Positions 11,715-24,479 of a stretch of DNA of 64,000 bases are shown here, piece after piece. The notes under the pieces were generated by a model. That model made no database searches and had not been told where the DNA came from. It saw only the letters and a program-made list of their open reading frames with translations. The position numbers and the translations under genes were made by a program. The stretch's first letter is position 1. Every line of letters begins with the position of its first letter. The stretch is taken from contig NW_005434539.1 of assembly GCF_000315625.1 (NCBI RefSeq), positions 3,263-67,262 of the forward strand. The letters run 5' to 3'. Origin of the DNA: Guillardia theta CCMP2712 (taxonomy: Eukaryota; Protista; Cryptophyta).

Positions 11715-13871
11715 ATGAGGGAATTTATGATGATGGAGATGGAGATGGTGGTGGTGGTGGTGGTGGTGATGATGATGACGCTGATGCTGGTGCTGATGCT
11801 GATGGAGATTGCGATGATAACAATGAAGGGCAAGATGATCGATGAACTTTATTCTTCACGCTGACGTCGCTTCAGATCCCCATCAACTCGGAGGTCACGC
11901 TCACCGTGCTAGGAGAAGAAGCATGTATCTGCCCTTCACTAGACGTTCAGTACAACTGCATCAACAGCAACAACTACGAGTTCCTCGGTGTTTCAGGCAG
12001 TCTGGTCACTGTCGGCGAGCTCTTCAACAACTTCGGCTATGGATTCGCGTTCCGGAGGTCCGTAGACCCTAAGGCTCTCAAGTACACGACCTTCAACCAG
12101 GTGAGGCTGGAGGAGAAAGATGGAGAGGAAGCAAGAAGAAAATGAAGACAAGGATGATATGCAGAGGGATGGCAAGTAAGAGGGGAGAAATGAAGAGCAG
12201 GAGGAAGAGGAGGACCAGGAGGATGTCAGGAGTGAAGAGGAGGAGGAAGAGAAAGAAGGAAGGAAGAGGACGAGGAAGAGGACGAGGAAGAGGACGAGGA
12301 AGAGGACGAGGAGAGTTGAAGGCTCAGAATAGGAGACAGAAGGTTACTGCAGTAGTAACGCACATGCGCCTTTTACAGGCGATACTTTTTCTCCAGGAGC
12401 TTGGAACCCTTCAAGACATAGCCTCTCAGTGGCTGCCTGACGTACTTGACTCACCTGTTTCTGCTGCTGCTGCTGCTGCTCCTCCTCCTCCTCCTCCTCC
12501 TCCTCCTCCTCCTCCTCCTCCTCCTCCTCCTGTCTCATCTGTGCTTGCGTTTCAGCCCATGCCTCATCCTGAGTTTCATCTTCACGCTACATATCTCCCA
12601 TCCGTCGTCGTGCCCGCTCTCAATCTTTTAGCCATCGATCCCATCCCATGCTCCGTGTCCTTAGCCCTGACTCATTACTCCCTTGTGTGCCGCTTCGTTC
12701 TCTTCTCTTCTCTTCTCTTCTCTTCTCTTCTCTTCTCTTCTCTTCTCTTCTCTTCTCTTCTCTTCTCTTCTCTTCTCTTCTCTTCTCTTCTCTTCTCTTC
12801 TCTTCTCTTCTCTTCTCTTCTCTTCTCTTCTCTTCTCTTCTCTTCTCTTCTCTTCTCTTCTCTTCTCCTCTTACTCTCCTTTCCTCCGCTTCCCCTCTCA
12901 CTCTTCTTGATTTCAGGGTTCTCAGCTTGTGTGCCCGGGCTCAGGCCAGGGTCCCGTCACCCTGCAGCTGTACTCGAGCTGACGTTCGAGCTGGCTGCGC
13001 AAGTGACCCGAGGGCGCAGGAAGAACGTGTCCGGCCTCTTTCTCTTCACTGGCTGCGGAGTCCTGCTGGGGACTCTCATCGGACTAGGCGAGCTGCTGGT
13101 CAAGATCAGCATCGCCTGCTTCAAGTGCTGCATGGAGTTTAAGAAGAGGGTGAGGAGAGGAGGAGAGGAGAGAGGAGGAGAGCGGAGGAGGGAGGTCGAC
13201 TGAGGAGGGAGGTCGACTGAGGGGGGAGGTCGAATGAGGATTCAAGAGGGAAATGAGGGGAGGGAGGAGGGGAAGGTGAGTTGATGAGGGAAAGGGGGAG
13301 TAGGAGGAGAATGAGAGGGAGGACTGCGTTGTCTCATGGGTCTGGCAGGTTGAGGCTGAAATCAAAGATTATGCTGACACTGTGAAACGTGAGCAAGGGC
13401 TTCCTGTTGAGCCTGAGGTCCGACCTGCTCCCTGCTCCCGGCTCCCTGCTGCACGCCCCGTCTTGTCTCAGTCCTCTAATCCTGTCTCCTCCTGTCTCCT
13501 CCTGTCTCCTCCTGTCTCCTCCTGTCTCCTCCTGTCTCCTTTTCCCCAACTCCTTTCTCGCTGCTCCTCCCTCGTATCCCTCTCGTCCCCCTCTGGTCTA
13601 AGTGACTCTGGTCTCCTTCTTCCTGCTCGTCCTGTGCTTCTCATGCTCTCACGCAGCTCTCCGAGCACGGAAGGTTTGTACAGAACATTGTTGACTCACT
13701 GGATGATACCAAGGTGCGAAGGAGGGAGGGAGGGAGGGAGGGAGGGAGGGAGGGAGGGAGGGAGGGAGGGAGGGAGGGAGGGAACATTGTTTTCAGCGAG
13801 GATGATAATTTTGTTTCTTGCAGGAGAAAATTCAGGAGATTGAGAGCATTTTAAGGAGGGTAAACAAGTGA
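9859..13871 (+). CDS. Ionotropic glutamate receptor-like (iGluR/GLR) ligand-gated channel
   Basis: Signal peptide MKFTSPILLLLLLSLPTSRA; S1 GLIIDLLEQIKTLLNCEF; M1 DPMTSFVWTIVMIEV; pore FYWSLLQLFG; M3 LILISVYTGNLNSFL (SYTANLAAF-like, split by an intron); S2 GELFNNFGYGFAF; M4 NVSGLFLFTGCGVLLGTLIGLGE. Confidence 0.85.
11635..11820. repeat. Compound microsatellite (GCT)n(GAT)n(GGT)n in an iGluR intron
   Basis: Seen directly. Confidence 0.95.
12699..12868. repeat. (TCTTC)n pentanucleotide microsatellite, intronic
   Basis: More than 30 perfect copies. Confidence 0.97.
13481..13540. repeat. (CCTGTCTCCT)x6 tandem repeat, intronic
   Basis: Seen directly. Confidence 0.9.
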
Positions 13872-13955
13872 ACACCAAGTTTCAAACAACAACTTTTTTT
13901 ATCTCCTCTCATCCTACTCCCTCTCCCCTCCCGCCCTCTGCCTTCCTCCTCCAAC

Positions 13956-16900
13956 TCAGCTGGTCAGCCGCATGGGAGCAAGAGGAGGAGACTGCATCCC
14001 TGACTCCGATCGCTTTCCTGCCTTGACCAGCGCCTTGACGAACTTGCGCGCTACTTTCGAGAGGAGGAGGAGGGAGAGTAGCTCCTTCCAAAGATCTTCC
14101 GCGCTCTTCTCAAAGTTCTTGTTGATTTTCTTCCACAACACGCAGTCGATGGGGCCGATCTCTTCCGACTGCCTCACCTGCAGTGCATTCTTGGCGTTGA
14201 GGATGGCATGCCGGAGCTCTGACAGCATCTGGAGCGCGTGCTCGGCAGCAGAGCGCGAGTAGGCGATGGAGAGCTGGGAAGAGTCAGAGGAGGAGGAGGA
14301 GGAGGAGGTTGAGGAGGAGGTCGTCTTCATCCCTTTGAGGGTCCAGAGCGTTCGCTTCACAAGAGGATCGATCATATTGCTCCACTTCTTGATGCTGGGA
14401 CCCATCTCTTCCTTGATCCAACGCAGAGCCGCGCTCTCAGGGCTGTTGGACAAGATCGTAGCCACCCTCCCTTCCAGCTGCACCGCCCTTGCTCTGATCA
14501 CCTCAACCGATCCCTCGTCCTTCCTGGCCGTCCCGAGTTCCTCCTGCCTCTTCCCACCTGCCTCCTCCAGCATGGCGGCGACACTCTTCTTCCCATGGCG
14601 CAGCGCGTCGTCGAGCGGCGTCATCTCGAACCTGTCCCTGGTGTTGACGTTGATGCCTTCACAGCTCAGCAGGAACTCGATCACCGACGTCGACCCGCAG
14701 GAGGCTGCGAGGTGAAGAGCAGTCCTCCGATCGTAGTCTCCCGTGTTCACCTCGATGCCGTTCTCCACCAGCACCTTGATGTTCACCACCATGTTCTTTG
14801 ATGCGAACGAACACATCTTAGCCGCGTACTCCTCCATTTTCCTCTGCAGGCTAGCTCCATGCTCTCTCAGCACCACCTGCACCTGCGCTGCTGCCCTGAT
14901 GTCGAAGTGATGCCTGACCGCGTCCTCCAACGGAGTTCCCATGAACCTGTCCTGCGCCTCCACGTTCGCCTGCCTGCTCAGCAAGAACTCCACCAGCTCC
15001 ACGTGCCCCTCGCACGCTGCCAGGTGCAGCGCCGTCCTCCCGTCGTAGTCACTGTCGTTGACGTTGACACCGTTGTCAAGCAGCCGCCGCACCTGCTCCA
15101 CGTTCCCCGCGTACGCAGCCTCGCACAGCTCAACGCCGATCTGGTTGCCGGGCAGGGAGTACTTGATCCCGGGTATCGCCTCCCGCATCACCCGCACCAC
15201 CTCGTCGTGCTTGTTCCTCACTGCGTCGTTGACGGGCGTGTTGTCGTAGTTGTCCTTCTGATTAGGATCTGCCCGCATCTCCAGCAAGAACCTCACCATC
15301 TCCTGATGCCCCTCGCTCGCCGCCACGTGCAGTGCCGTCCTGTTGGCGCCGTCCCGATCAAGGACGGTGACGTCACCGGAGGAGCAGAGGGAGCGGACCT
15401 TGCCCAGGTCGCCAGCGGCGGCGGCGGTGAGGAGGAGATTGATTCTCTCAGCTTTCCTCTGCAGCTTCAGCTGGGAGATCTTGTCGGTCGACTGCTCGTT
15501 GCCCCCGCTCCCAGCGTCGCTCTCCTCCCCACTGTTGAACTCGGAGTTGGACGTCTCCTCGCCCTCCTCGCCCTCGCTCTTGTTCTGCACGCTCGGCTCG
15601 CTCCTCTTGCGGCCTCTCGACCGGAGGGAGGAAACGTTGGACCCCTTGGCGCTCGAGTTGAAGCTGATCCTGCTGGAATGCTTGCTGCTGCCTCCTGCCT
15701 GTGACTTGGTGACGATCTCGAAGCTCCTCAGCGCGTTTTTGGCGACCACGTCCTCGTCCTTGGGATGGTTCTTGAGGAGGTCGAAGAACGCCTTCCTGTC
15801 CAGCTTCATGCAGATCGCTCCGTTCTTGGACGCCCTTGCTGTGTGGAAGTGCCGGGTACCGAAGAAGAAAGAGATGCTTCCTACCGCCTGATGCGCCCGT
15901 CTGACGTTCTCCACCACGTCCTTGCCGTTACTCTCCTGCACCTCCTCCACAGACCCGTTGACGACAAAGAACATCTCCTTGCAGACTGTGGAGGATGGTC
16001 AGGGAGGATGAATGGTGGAGTAGAGGAAGGAAGGAAGGAGACCGGAGAGTACTCAAACGAGGAGGGGGCGGAGAGAGGACAAGGAGGACATCACTATGAG
16101 AGTAGTAGAAGAAGTTTGACGAGGACGGGAGAGGAGGACGAGAGAGGTGGAAGAAGAACAACAAGTCCGTCCTCACCTTCCGAGATGTTGTAGAGATGCT
16201 CCTCCGGAGCAAACGACACCTCACACAGCAGCACGCACACGTCGTCAAGCATGTGTTCAGTGCAGTCCTTGAAGAGCTCGACGGAGTCCAGGTACTCCCG
16301 GGATATGAACCGAGCGACCTCTATTCGCAGGCCATGGCTCAGGTCCTTGAAGATTATCCCTTGATCCAACGACGAGCCGCTGCGGATAGCCTGAAAGTGG
16401 TTGCGGATCTCATCCTTGAGCTGGGGGGAGAAGGTCGGGTTGGAGACGAAGGAGTCAACCACCTCCATCTGCTCTCTCATCTTCACTACGTCCTCATCTT
16501 TCTTCATGACAAGCGTCGACACCTCACCGACGATGACGCGGAACAAGGTCATGTTCAGGCACATGAGCACTATTGTGAAGCCGATCTCGACCACGTTCTG
16601 CGGGATCAGCGCTCCTACGGCCCCGTTGACCGTCAGCGTCGTCGACACCCAGTAGAAGCAGAGCAAGTAGCGCTCCCACGTGGTAGACCCCTCCTCCATC
16701 CCGATAGTTTCGCCCCGTGGGTACGTCTCGTTGACGAACTGGGGGGACACGTAGTTCCAACTGATCGCCTGCTGGGGGAACCAGTACCGGTAGGAGCGCC
16801 CCAGGAAGTACCAGGTGCATGCGGAGAGGTGGAGAGTAGCGACTATGATCTTGCCAAGGGTGTGTATCATCCCGTGACCGTTCCTCGCCTGATACCTCCG

Positions 16901-19728
16901 GAGGTTGGAGGAGGAGGCGTGGAAGCGAGCTCGCACGAGGACGATCTTGTTGAGCCGCAGCCAGCAGCAGACCTCATAGGAGGCACCGCAGAAATGAGCG
17001 AACCAGTCGAGGGGAAAGACGGCGACGAGGACGAGAAGGTCCATCTTTCTCAGGATCTTGGCGCGGTCGGTAATCCATACAGATTTGCTGTTCTTGTACG
17101 CCGTGTTGGTCTCGACGAGCAGGTGGAGGTAGAGGAGGACGTCGGGGACGAGGCGCGTGCAGAGCTCGGGGGAGCTGGTGATGCTCGACCAGGGGAGGAA
17201 GCCAATGCGGATGGGGTCGAGGACGAACTCGAAGAAGCTGACGTATCTCATGAGGAACTTCCAGGAGGACATGAGGGAGCTGTAAGGGTTGAGAGCCGAT
17301 CCCATGAACACAGCGCTCCTCTCTAACGCGCTCTTCTTCTCTCGCACCACCTTGCAGATCTCGCTCCAGGTCAGCTTGTCCTCCGTAACTGTCTCCCTGT
17401 CGAAGAAGTCCCGGAACTCCTCGCAGTTGTACTCAGTTATCTTCCACTTGCGCTCCGAGTAGATGCGCGTCAGGAACCTCTTGATCTTGTGGTTGGGAAT
17501 CGGGTCTGACATGCTGCCAACAGTCTGTAGGAACTCTTTCTCCCACACGTTGAGGTTTGCTTGACCGAACTCGTTCGTCAGTTTCTTGTTCCCTACCCAC
17601 CTTAAGGAGTTCAAGTAGCCTCTCAGTCTGACCTCTTCGTTCCCGTCCTGATCTCTTGACTCGGAGTCCTTGTCGTGGCTGGTCTTCCCCTTGGCATCCT
17701 CCTCGTCCTCGTCCTCGTCCTCCTCCTTCCCGCTGCTACCCGGCTCAAGGAGGTTGATCCATCGCCTCCAGAAGTCTTCGCAGGTGACAACTTCGCTCTT
17801 TTCCTCCTCCTCCTCTTGCGCAAACACGTCGAGGAAGCACTGCAGGCCTGACTCTCCGATGAAAGGCTGGATGCTTTCCAGATGAGTCTGAAGAACAGAG
17901 TTGGACCCTAGCGAGAGTTTCTTCCAGAGGTCATGGAGAGAGAAGAAAAAGGATCTTACTCGCTCTCTCTCTTCCAGTGGCAGCTTCTCAGCTTTGGCCC
18001 CTCCTCTGATCCCTTCCACCTTCTGATCCAGCAGCACCTGCTGGAGGGACGAGGAGGACGAAGCTCGGCCGAATTTGGTCGGAGACCCGGGAGAGCTGGG
18101 CTGAGCTGTCCTGGGCCTGTCCGACCTGGTCTTGTGCATTGCTGGGAGATGGTTGACGGAGAAGTCAGGAACAAGGTGGAGGACCTTCTGATTGTAGACA
18201 TACTCGCTCATGTTACACAGGAAGTCCTTCTTCCCTTGCTCGGTCTGGCCTCCCAGCATCTCCATCACGCTCTCCATAGGAACGTAGAGAACTACAGTCG
18301 CGTCTGTCGTCGCTCTCACTACAAACGGAGCCTGAGACCCTGTCAGGGCCTGGTAGCACCCAAAGTAATCTCCGCTGTGTAGCTGGAAGTCGACCTCAGA
18401 GACCGGGCTGCCGCTTGCCTGTCCTCCCACTTGCTCGCCCAGCTCTGCTGCCAGCACCATGTTCGCACCTCCGTCAAGGAGCAGCAGCATGAACCGCTTC
18501 TTGTCGTCCTTGCCGTCGTAGATGACTTCGTTCTTCCTCCAGTACTTCTTCTTGCTCCCTCCTGCCAACTTTGCGGCCGTCGTCTCGTCCAGCAGCCCTC
18601 CCACCTTCGATTTGAGCAGGCCCAACGTGAGCTCGTCTATCTTGATGTCAATGAGCAGCTTGCGGAGCTTGCCGCTCCTGCTCAAGACGTCCGTAAGCGT
18701 CAGGCTCTTCCCCTCCTCCTCCTGCTTCACAGGCTTTGCCTCATCTATGATCTCCTCCACCTCCACGCTCTCCGTCGACGCTGACAGTCGCTCCAGAGCT
18801 GTTGAGATGCTTTTGGCCGTCACGCCCTCCCCGCCCCCGGTCTCGCTGCAGAAGATACTCTTGACAAGCTCGTATGCCGCCTCCATCTCCACCAGTCGCA
18901 GCGCAAGACCTCGGAAGGTGACGGCAGCGAGTTTCTCCCACTTCATCCCATGGTTCGCGACGCTCTCCTGCGCCTCCAGCAGCTGGTCCAGCTCCTCGTA
19001 GAGCGCCATCTCCTCGTCAGAGTCAAGCTCGCCCTCATACTCAAAGTCTCGCTCCTCTCCCACATTCTTCTCGAGATCAACCATGGCTGCCTTGCACTCC
19101 TGCAGAAGGCGGGAAGGGATCTTCCAGCCTCCTCCCCCCCTGCCCTCAGACCTGTCGGGCGACCTGCTCGAGCTCCTGGCCAGCAGCGGCAGGTCTGTCG
19201 AGCTCATCCTCCCATCACTTGCCGGCATCACATCAAGCTCAGTCGTCCACAAGCTGCTCAGGTTGTAGGTGGCCTCCAAGGTCTTGGAAGCGTTCCAGGC
19301 TTTCAGCGGCCTCGCAGCGCTGAGCTCCATGGAGCTGCTCTCCCCAACGTCAATGCTAATTGACCTCCTCATGGTCACCTTCTCCGTTCCTGTCAGCATC
19401 GCGTCGAGAGTCTTCCGCATGTCAACAGTCAAGTCCTTGATCTTCTCCCCGACCGACCGGAGCTCCTTGGTCACGAGGCTGGTCTCGGAGATGAGCTCTA
19501 TCGCTAGCTCCATGTGCTTGCTGCTCGACATGTACCAGGCATGCATCTCTTCCTCGCTCATCCTGGTGGGGCTCGTCCGGTCGAACCCTTTCTCTATCAG
19601 CTTCTTGATCAGCAGCCTGACGTCGGCGATAGAGATGCTGTCAATCTGCTGCAGAAACTCTGCTCCTTCTGCTGTGTCCTTGTAGATCCCCAAGTCCCCT
19701 CCCCAGCCTGAAACGGCCAATCAGAACT

Positions 19729-19772
<44 letters not shown>

Positions 19773-22700
19773 TCTCCTGCTTCTCCTGCTCCTCCTCCAA
19801 TTTCTTCACCTTCTCCTCGTTTCCTCCTACTCTTTCTGCTTTTTGATCTCTCTCTCCCCCTCCTCCCTTTTCTTCTCCTCACACACGCAGCAAGATACTA
19901 GTTATTCTACACTAACAACACTTACTTTGAATCAGCTTGCCACAGTATCGATGGTACAACGTTCCTCCCCGTAACGTGTCGTCTAACGGTGTTCCTCCCC
20001 ACCTGTCTTTGCATCCGGGATCTGCGCTGACTCCAAGGAGAAAGTTGACAGCGAGGATGCGAGCTTCTGCCGCAGCAAGGTGCACTGAAGAGAAGTCAGT
20101 TGGAGGAGGAAGCGAGAAGACGGAGAACGAAAAGGTGGAGGAGAAAGTGGGAGGAGAGTAGAGGAAGGAGAGCAGGAGTGAAGTCAATCAGAAAGCAATA
20201 AGGAGAGCATGGAGAAGAAGGAAAAACAGGCAAGGAAAGCAAGGGAAGGGTGATGTAGAGGAGGAGGAGGAGGAGGAGGAGGAGGAGGAGGAGGAGGAGG
20301 AGGAGGAGGGAGGAGGAGGAGGAGGAGGAGGATGAGAAGCGTGTTTCTAACATGGATATCGGAAATCGTAGTCGCCGACATCCACCGGAGTCCCATACTC
20401 ATGCATCAGACGCAACTTCCGCAGGTCGCCGCTGCTGGCAGCCCCGCACATCTCCTCCACCCCGACGTACTGGGGCATCGACCCGCCCTTGGCCTTGAGC
20501 AGGGTGGCGACGAGCGAGTGGCCGTTGAGCAGAGCGTCCTGCAAGGGAGTTCCCTTCCACCTGTCGTGTGGGCTGGGATCTGCCTTGTGGGCTAGGAGGA
20601 ACTCCACGATCTTTTCATGCCCTTCGGCGCTCGCAACATGCAGCGCCGTCCTGTTGTCGTAGTCGCCCAGGTTCGGCTGCACTCCGTTTTCGATGAGCCT
20701 CCTGACCTGCGCCAGGTCGCCGTTGCCTGCAGCCGTACAGAGAGCAGAGGCTGGGTTGTCGATGTCCAGGGACGCCTTCCACTGGGTGAGAAGCCCCACG
20801 ATGAGGGTCTGCTTGTGGGAGATGGCCTCCTGCAGTGGCGTGTTGCCCCAGCGATCCTTGATGTTCTTGTCTGCTCCATGGTTGAGAAGTACCTGCGTCC
20901 TGATGGTCAAGGACAAGAGAGGAGGAGAAGGAGGAGGAGGAGGAGGAGGAGGAGGAGGAGGAGGAGGAAGAGGAGGAAGTGAGGAGGATTACGAGAAAGA
21001 GGTGATGGAGAAAAGGAAGTTGAGGAGGAGGAGACGGTGGTGAGACAAGGAAGGCAAGGAGAACGAGATCGTGATGGTGATGGTTGAAACAGAAGAGGTG
21101 GAAATGGAGGAGATGAAGAGGAAGAGGAAGAGGAAGGAGGAGGAGGAGGAGGTGGAAAAGGAGGAGGAAGAGGCAAGAGGAGGCCTCACCTCTACCATGC
21201 GGTAGTTTCCTTCAGCGCAGGCGATGTGTAGCACAGTCCTGCCGTCATAGTTTTTCTCGTCGATGTTGGCTCCCTGCCGCAGCAAGATCCTGACAGTGTC
21301 CACATCTCCCACATGGGCAGCATGGCAGAGGGAAAAGAACTGCTGCTCGGCTCTCGTCCGCATCGACTCTGTTATCCTCCTCTTAATCTCCATCTTCTGC
21401 TTGTCATGCACGTCCTCCTCGGACCCGGGCAGGGGCAGACCGTTGTTGTCGAGATCGAACGATCGAAGGATATTCTCACTGATCATAAGCTGCTCCTCCG
21501 GGTAGTTGCTGAAGATTTCAGCGCTATCCTCCTGCTTGAGCACAAGGAGCTGAACGTCTCCATCCAGCCTCGCCTTGATCGTGTTCACGTGGTTGATGCC
21601 GAGGAAAAAAGGAACCTGTCGTCAGAGTGAGCACGACAACAGCAGAGGTGCAGGCAGGAGGGGACGATACCTCTCCTACCACAGGAGCCATGTCGGGGAC
21701 GTCGTTGCGGATCACGCCGATCACATGCTCTTGCTCGTCTATGACTTGCACCGACCCGATGTGCACGAAGTAAACTTCTCGAGGAATCTGAGGAGAGTCG
21801 AGCAGAGTTAGAGGAGACGATGGTAAGCTCTCATAGTCAGACCTCGTCTTTCTGAACAATCTCCTCTCCTGGCATGAAGTGCATCAAGCGCAGTTTCGTC
21901 ATCAGAGCCTTTGCTTGCAAGTCAGCTCAGGGGCATCCAGCGCCCAATCACTCACATTGAAGAACTTGGAGTTGCAACCATTCATGAACTTTCCCCTAGT
22001 CGCGCACTTGTCCATGATGGTGCGATAGTTGGCCTCTGCCACCTTGATCTTCAGTGACCGCGGCAAATCCATCCTCGTCCCTGCTCGGTTCTGGAGGTTC
22101 TTGGTGTACTGGAACTCGTAGTACTGGCTCACTCGCTCCTGCAGCTCGATCGGGATCTGTTTCGCAGTCATGAACTGTCGAACTTTTTCCATGTGCTCCT
22201 TGTGCGCTTCGGCCGATGGGTCCTTGCGGACAAGGTAGTTGAGGAGAGTACCCAAGATCAGACCTTGGAGGTAGACCTGGCACTTGGCATCAGACAAAAA
22301 GCAGGATGTTTCTGGTCCTTCTTACTTGTAGCATCATGACCAGAAGAGAAAATAGCATCTCCTGCACATTGTTGGGGATGCCGATGTCGTACCCCAGAGT
22401 TGACAGGGCGTTAAGGCCTTTGTATCTGCACACAAAGTGAGACGAGAAAAATTGTTTGGAAGGGCTTCACATGCAGAGGAGGTAGTTCTCTGCCTCCGGA
22501 CTTGTATGTATGCTGTAAAGTGGTAGGATCTGCTCGAAGTCGTACACCTGCAGGCTGTCAGCTGCCGGTGCAACCTTGCTGCTTCAGAGCTCACCCATGT
22601 CTTGTGAGAGAAATCCTGCGTTCTCGCAAGAAAGTAGAGAATACACCCCACCCAGTGGGAGGACAGCAGGATCACGAGGCCGACGTTGATGGCTTGAAGC

Positions 22701-23696
22701 TTCTGCACGCTGAATCTCAAATCTTTCGTCATCGACTCGAAGTACTTGATCAGACGGCTCATCCTAATCACAACTTTTGGTATGGTTGACAACCACCACA
22801 GCCAGATCAGGTAAGAGTCTGCAGGGAGGGTCAAGCTAACGGCCTGCGTTACCGTCAGATGCTCTGTATTGGAAGAGATGCTAACATACATAGTAGGTGG
22901 TAAGAGAGAGAAATAATTGAGGGAATTTGTATTTGAGGTAATACTTGGCAACTCCTCTGAGCGTATCGACAGGCTCTTCCTGACCGGAATACGTTCCAGC
23001 CGGTATGATGGTAATCAGGTTCAAGAAAGCATCAACAACAAAGAAGAAATCGCAAGTGATGTCGGTGAACAGTATCCAGTTTGCTGAGTTGAATCCTGGG
23101 CTGCAGAACCCAAGACGAAAGGGAAAGGCCCAGATCTCGTAGGAGAGCGGAATCATCATAAAACGGTTCCATTCGCTCAGGAGTTTGGCGTCTGCATTCA
23201 ACAGCCTTATCCTGTTCATGTTGCTGCTCTTTGGAAGTTTGAAGCTAACGTGATATGATTCTTTCTTTGACTTACGGCGACTGAATTCAGAAGTTGATTT
23301 TACAAGTATGGGAACGATTCTGCGCTTTTTCCCCATGATGCCTCCTTTGAACAGGTCTTGATACCCATTCTCGGAGCCTTTCCTCTTGTTGTTAGAACTG
23401 GCAGAAATCCAGACCGGTTCTTTAGTCATGTCGTCAGAACAGGTTATAAACTCGTGCAGTATGTAGATCTTGGGCTCTCGAAAGGGGTCGTTGCTTTGAC
23501 TTGAGGAAGTATACGGAAAGAAATCGTTACTTGCTGATTTCGTTAGCACGGCACTGGCCATTCCCGGGAGGGGCACCAGTGAGTTCCACGCAGCAGGATC
23601 CTCCTGAAGCGCTTGGCTCGAATGCGATCTCGTGCTTCGATTCGAGCACGCGTCTTCATTTTCCGCGTGCCTGGGGTGCATGGTTGGCGATTTCAT
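13956..23696 (-). CDS. Giant tandem channel: two Shaker/AKT-SKOR-like modules (6TM-C-linker-CNBD-ankyrin) joined by a linker carrying an extra CNBD
   Basis: Module 1 (23696-~19926): S1-S6, pore NALSTLGYDIGIP, C-linker, CNBD and ankyrins (NYDGRTVLH, GDYDNRTALH). Intron 19708-19925 joins in frame (IQ-S-WGGDL) to ORF 16094-19720, which has a CNBD, a 6TM region with pore STTLTVNGAVG and a C-linker. ORF 13956-15974 supplies a CNBD and ankyrins (DYDGRTALHLAA). Confidence 0.8.
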
Positions 23697-24479
23697 GCTA
23701 CTGAAACTAGCAGATGTCTAAAGGGCGCGAGGGGAGCGGAACCGATTGACGTGAGAAGAAAAGTCTCCTTCAGATCACTGCAGGGTCAGAGGAGGTGACA
23801 GGGGAGGGGAGGGGATGAGAGGGGAGGGGGCAGGAGGGGTCCTGGCTGAGGGAGGAAGGAGGGGAGGGGGCAACGGAAGCAAGAAGTTAAAATAAGGGGG
23901 GTGAAGAACGCGCAATGAGGAAGGAATTGTTGGATCCCTTAGAGCGCGCGAGGGGGTGGTGGGGTGTACAATCACCCACCCATCTCTAGGGCCTTAACAT
24001 ATGAGAATGAGGGGTGGGCGAATGTTGACTCCAATCCATGTCAGCAGGAAAAAAAAGAAGATAGAAGGTGGAGGACATGTCACTCAATAAGAGGGGGTAC
24101 TATCTGGTAAGAAGGGGGGTGGGGTCGGTTGGGTTACGACTTGGGATGGAAGCTTGCGTCTCTTTCCAATAGGGGAGACCCTCCCACCCCTATCTGCCCC
24201 TTTTTCGTACCACCACCCACCACCCACTTTTCCCCAAATTCATGGGTGGTACAGAATAATTGCCATGGAATTTCCAAGTCCTACCCACCCACTACCGAAC
24301 TCATAGATTCGAAGACGTACCCCACCCTACTCTGATCTCATTTCACAGCTTCCTCACAGGAGCCCCACCCCTAATTTCCCATTTCTTAGTACTTAGTACC
24401 ACCCCAGGACATACCCCACCCCCACCCAAGGATGAACTTTTACGTGCGAGGGATCACCTACCATCGGTGGAACTTCATG

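Noticed and set aside
11264-12910. Poly-amino-acid ORFs (poly-L/M/V, REEKR, LLFSS repeats)
   Set aside because: Translations of intronic microsatellites.
14266-19711. Long plus-strand ORFs opposite the tandem channel (likewise opposite WDR35 and NRAMP)
   Set aside because: Antisense shadows of real coding sequence caused by GC-biased codon usage.
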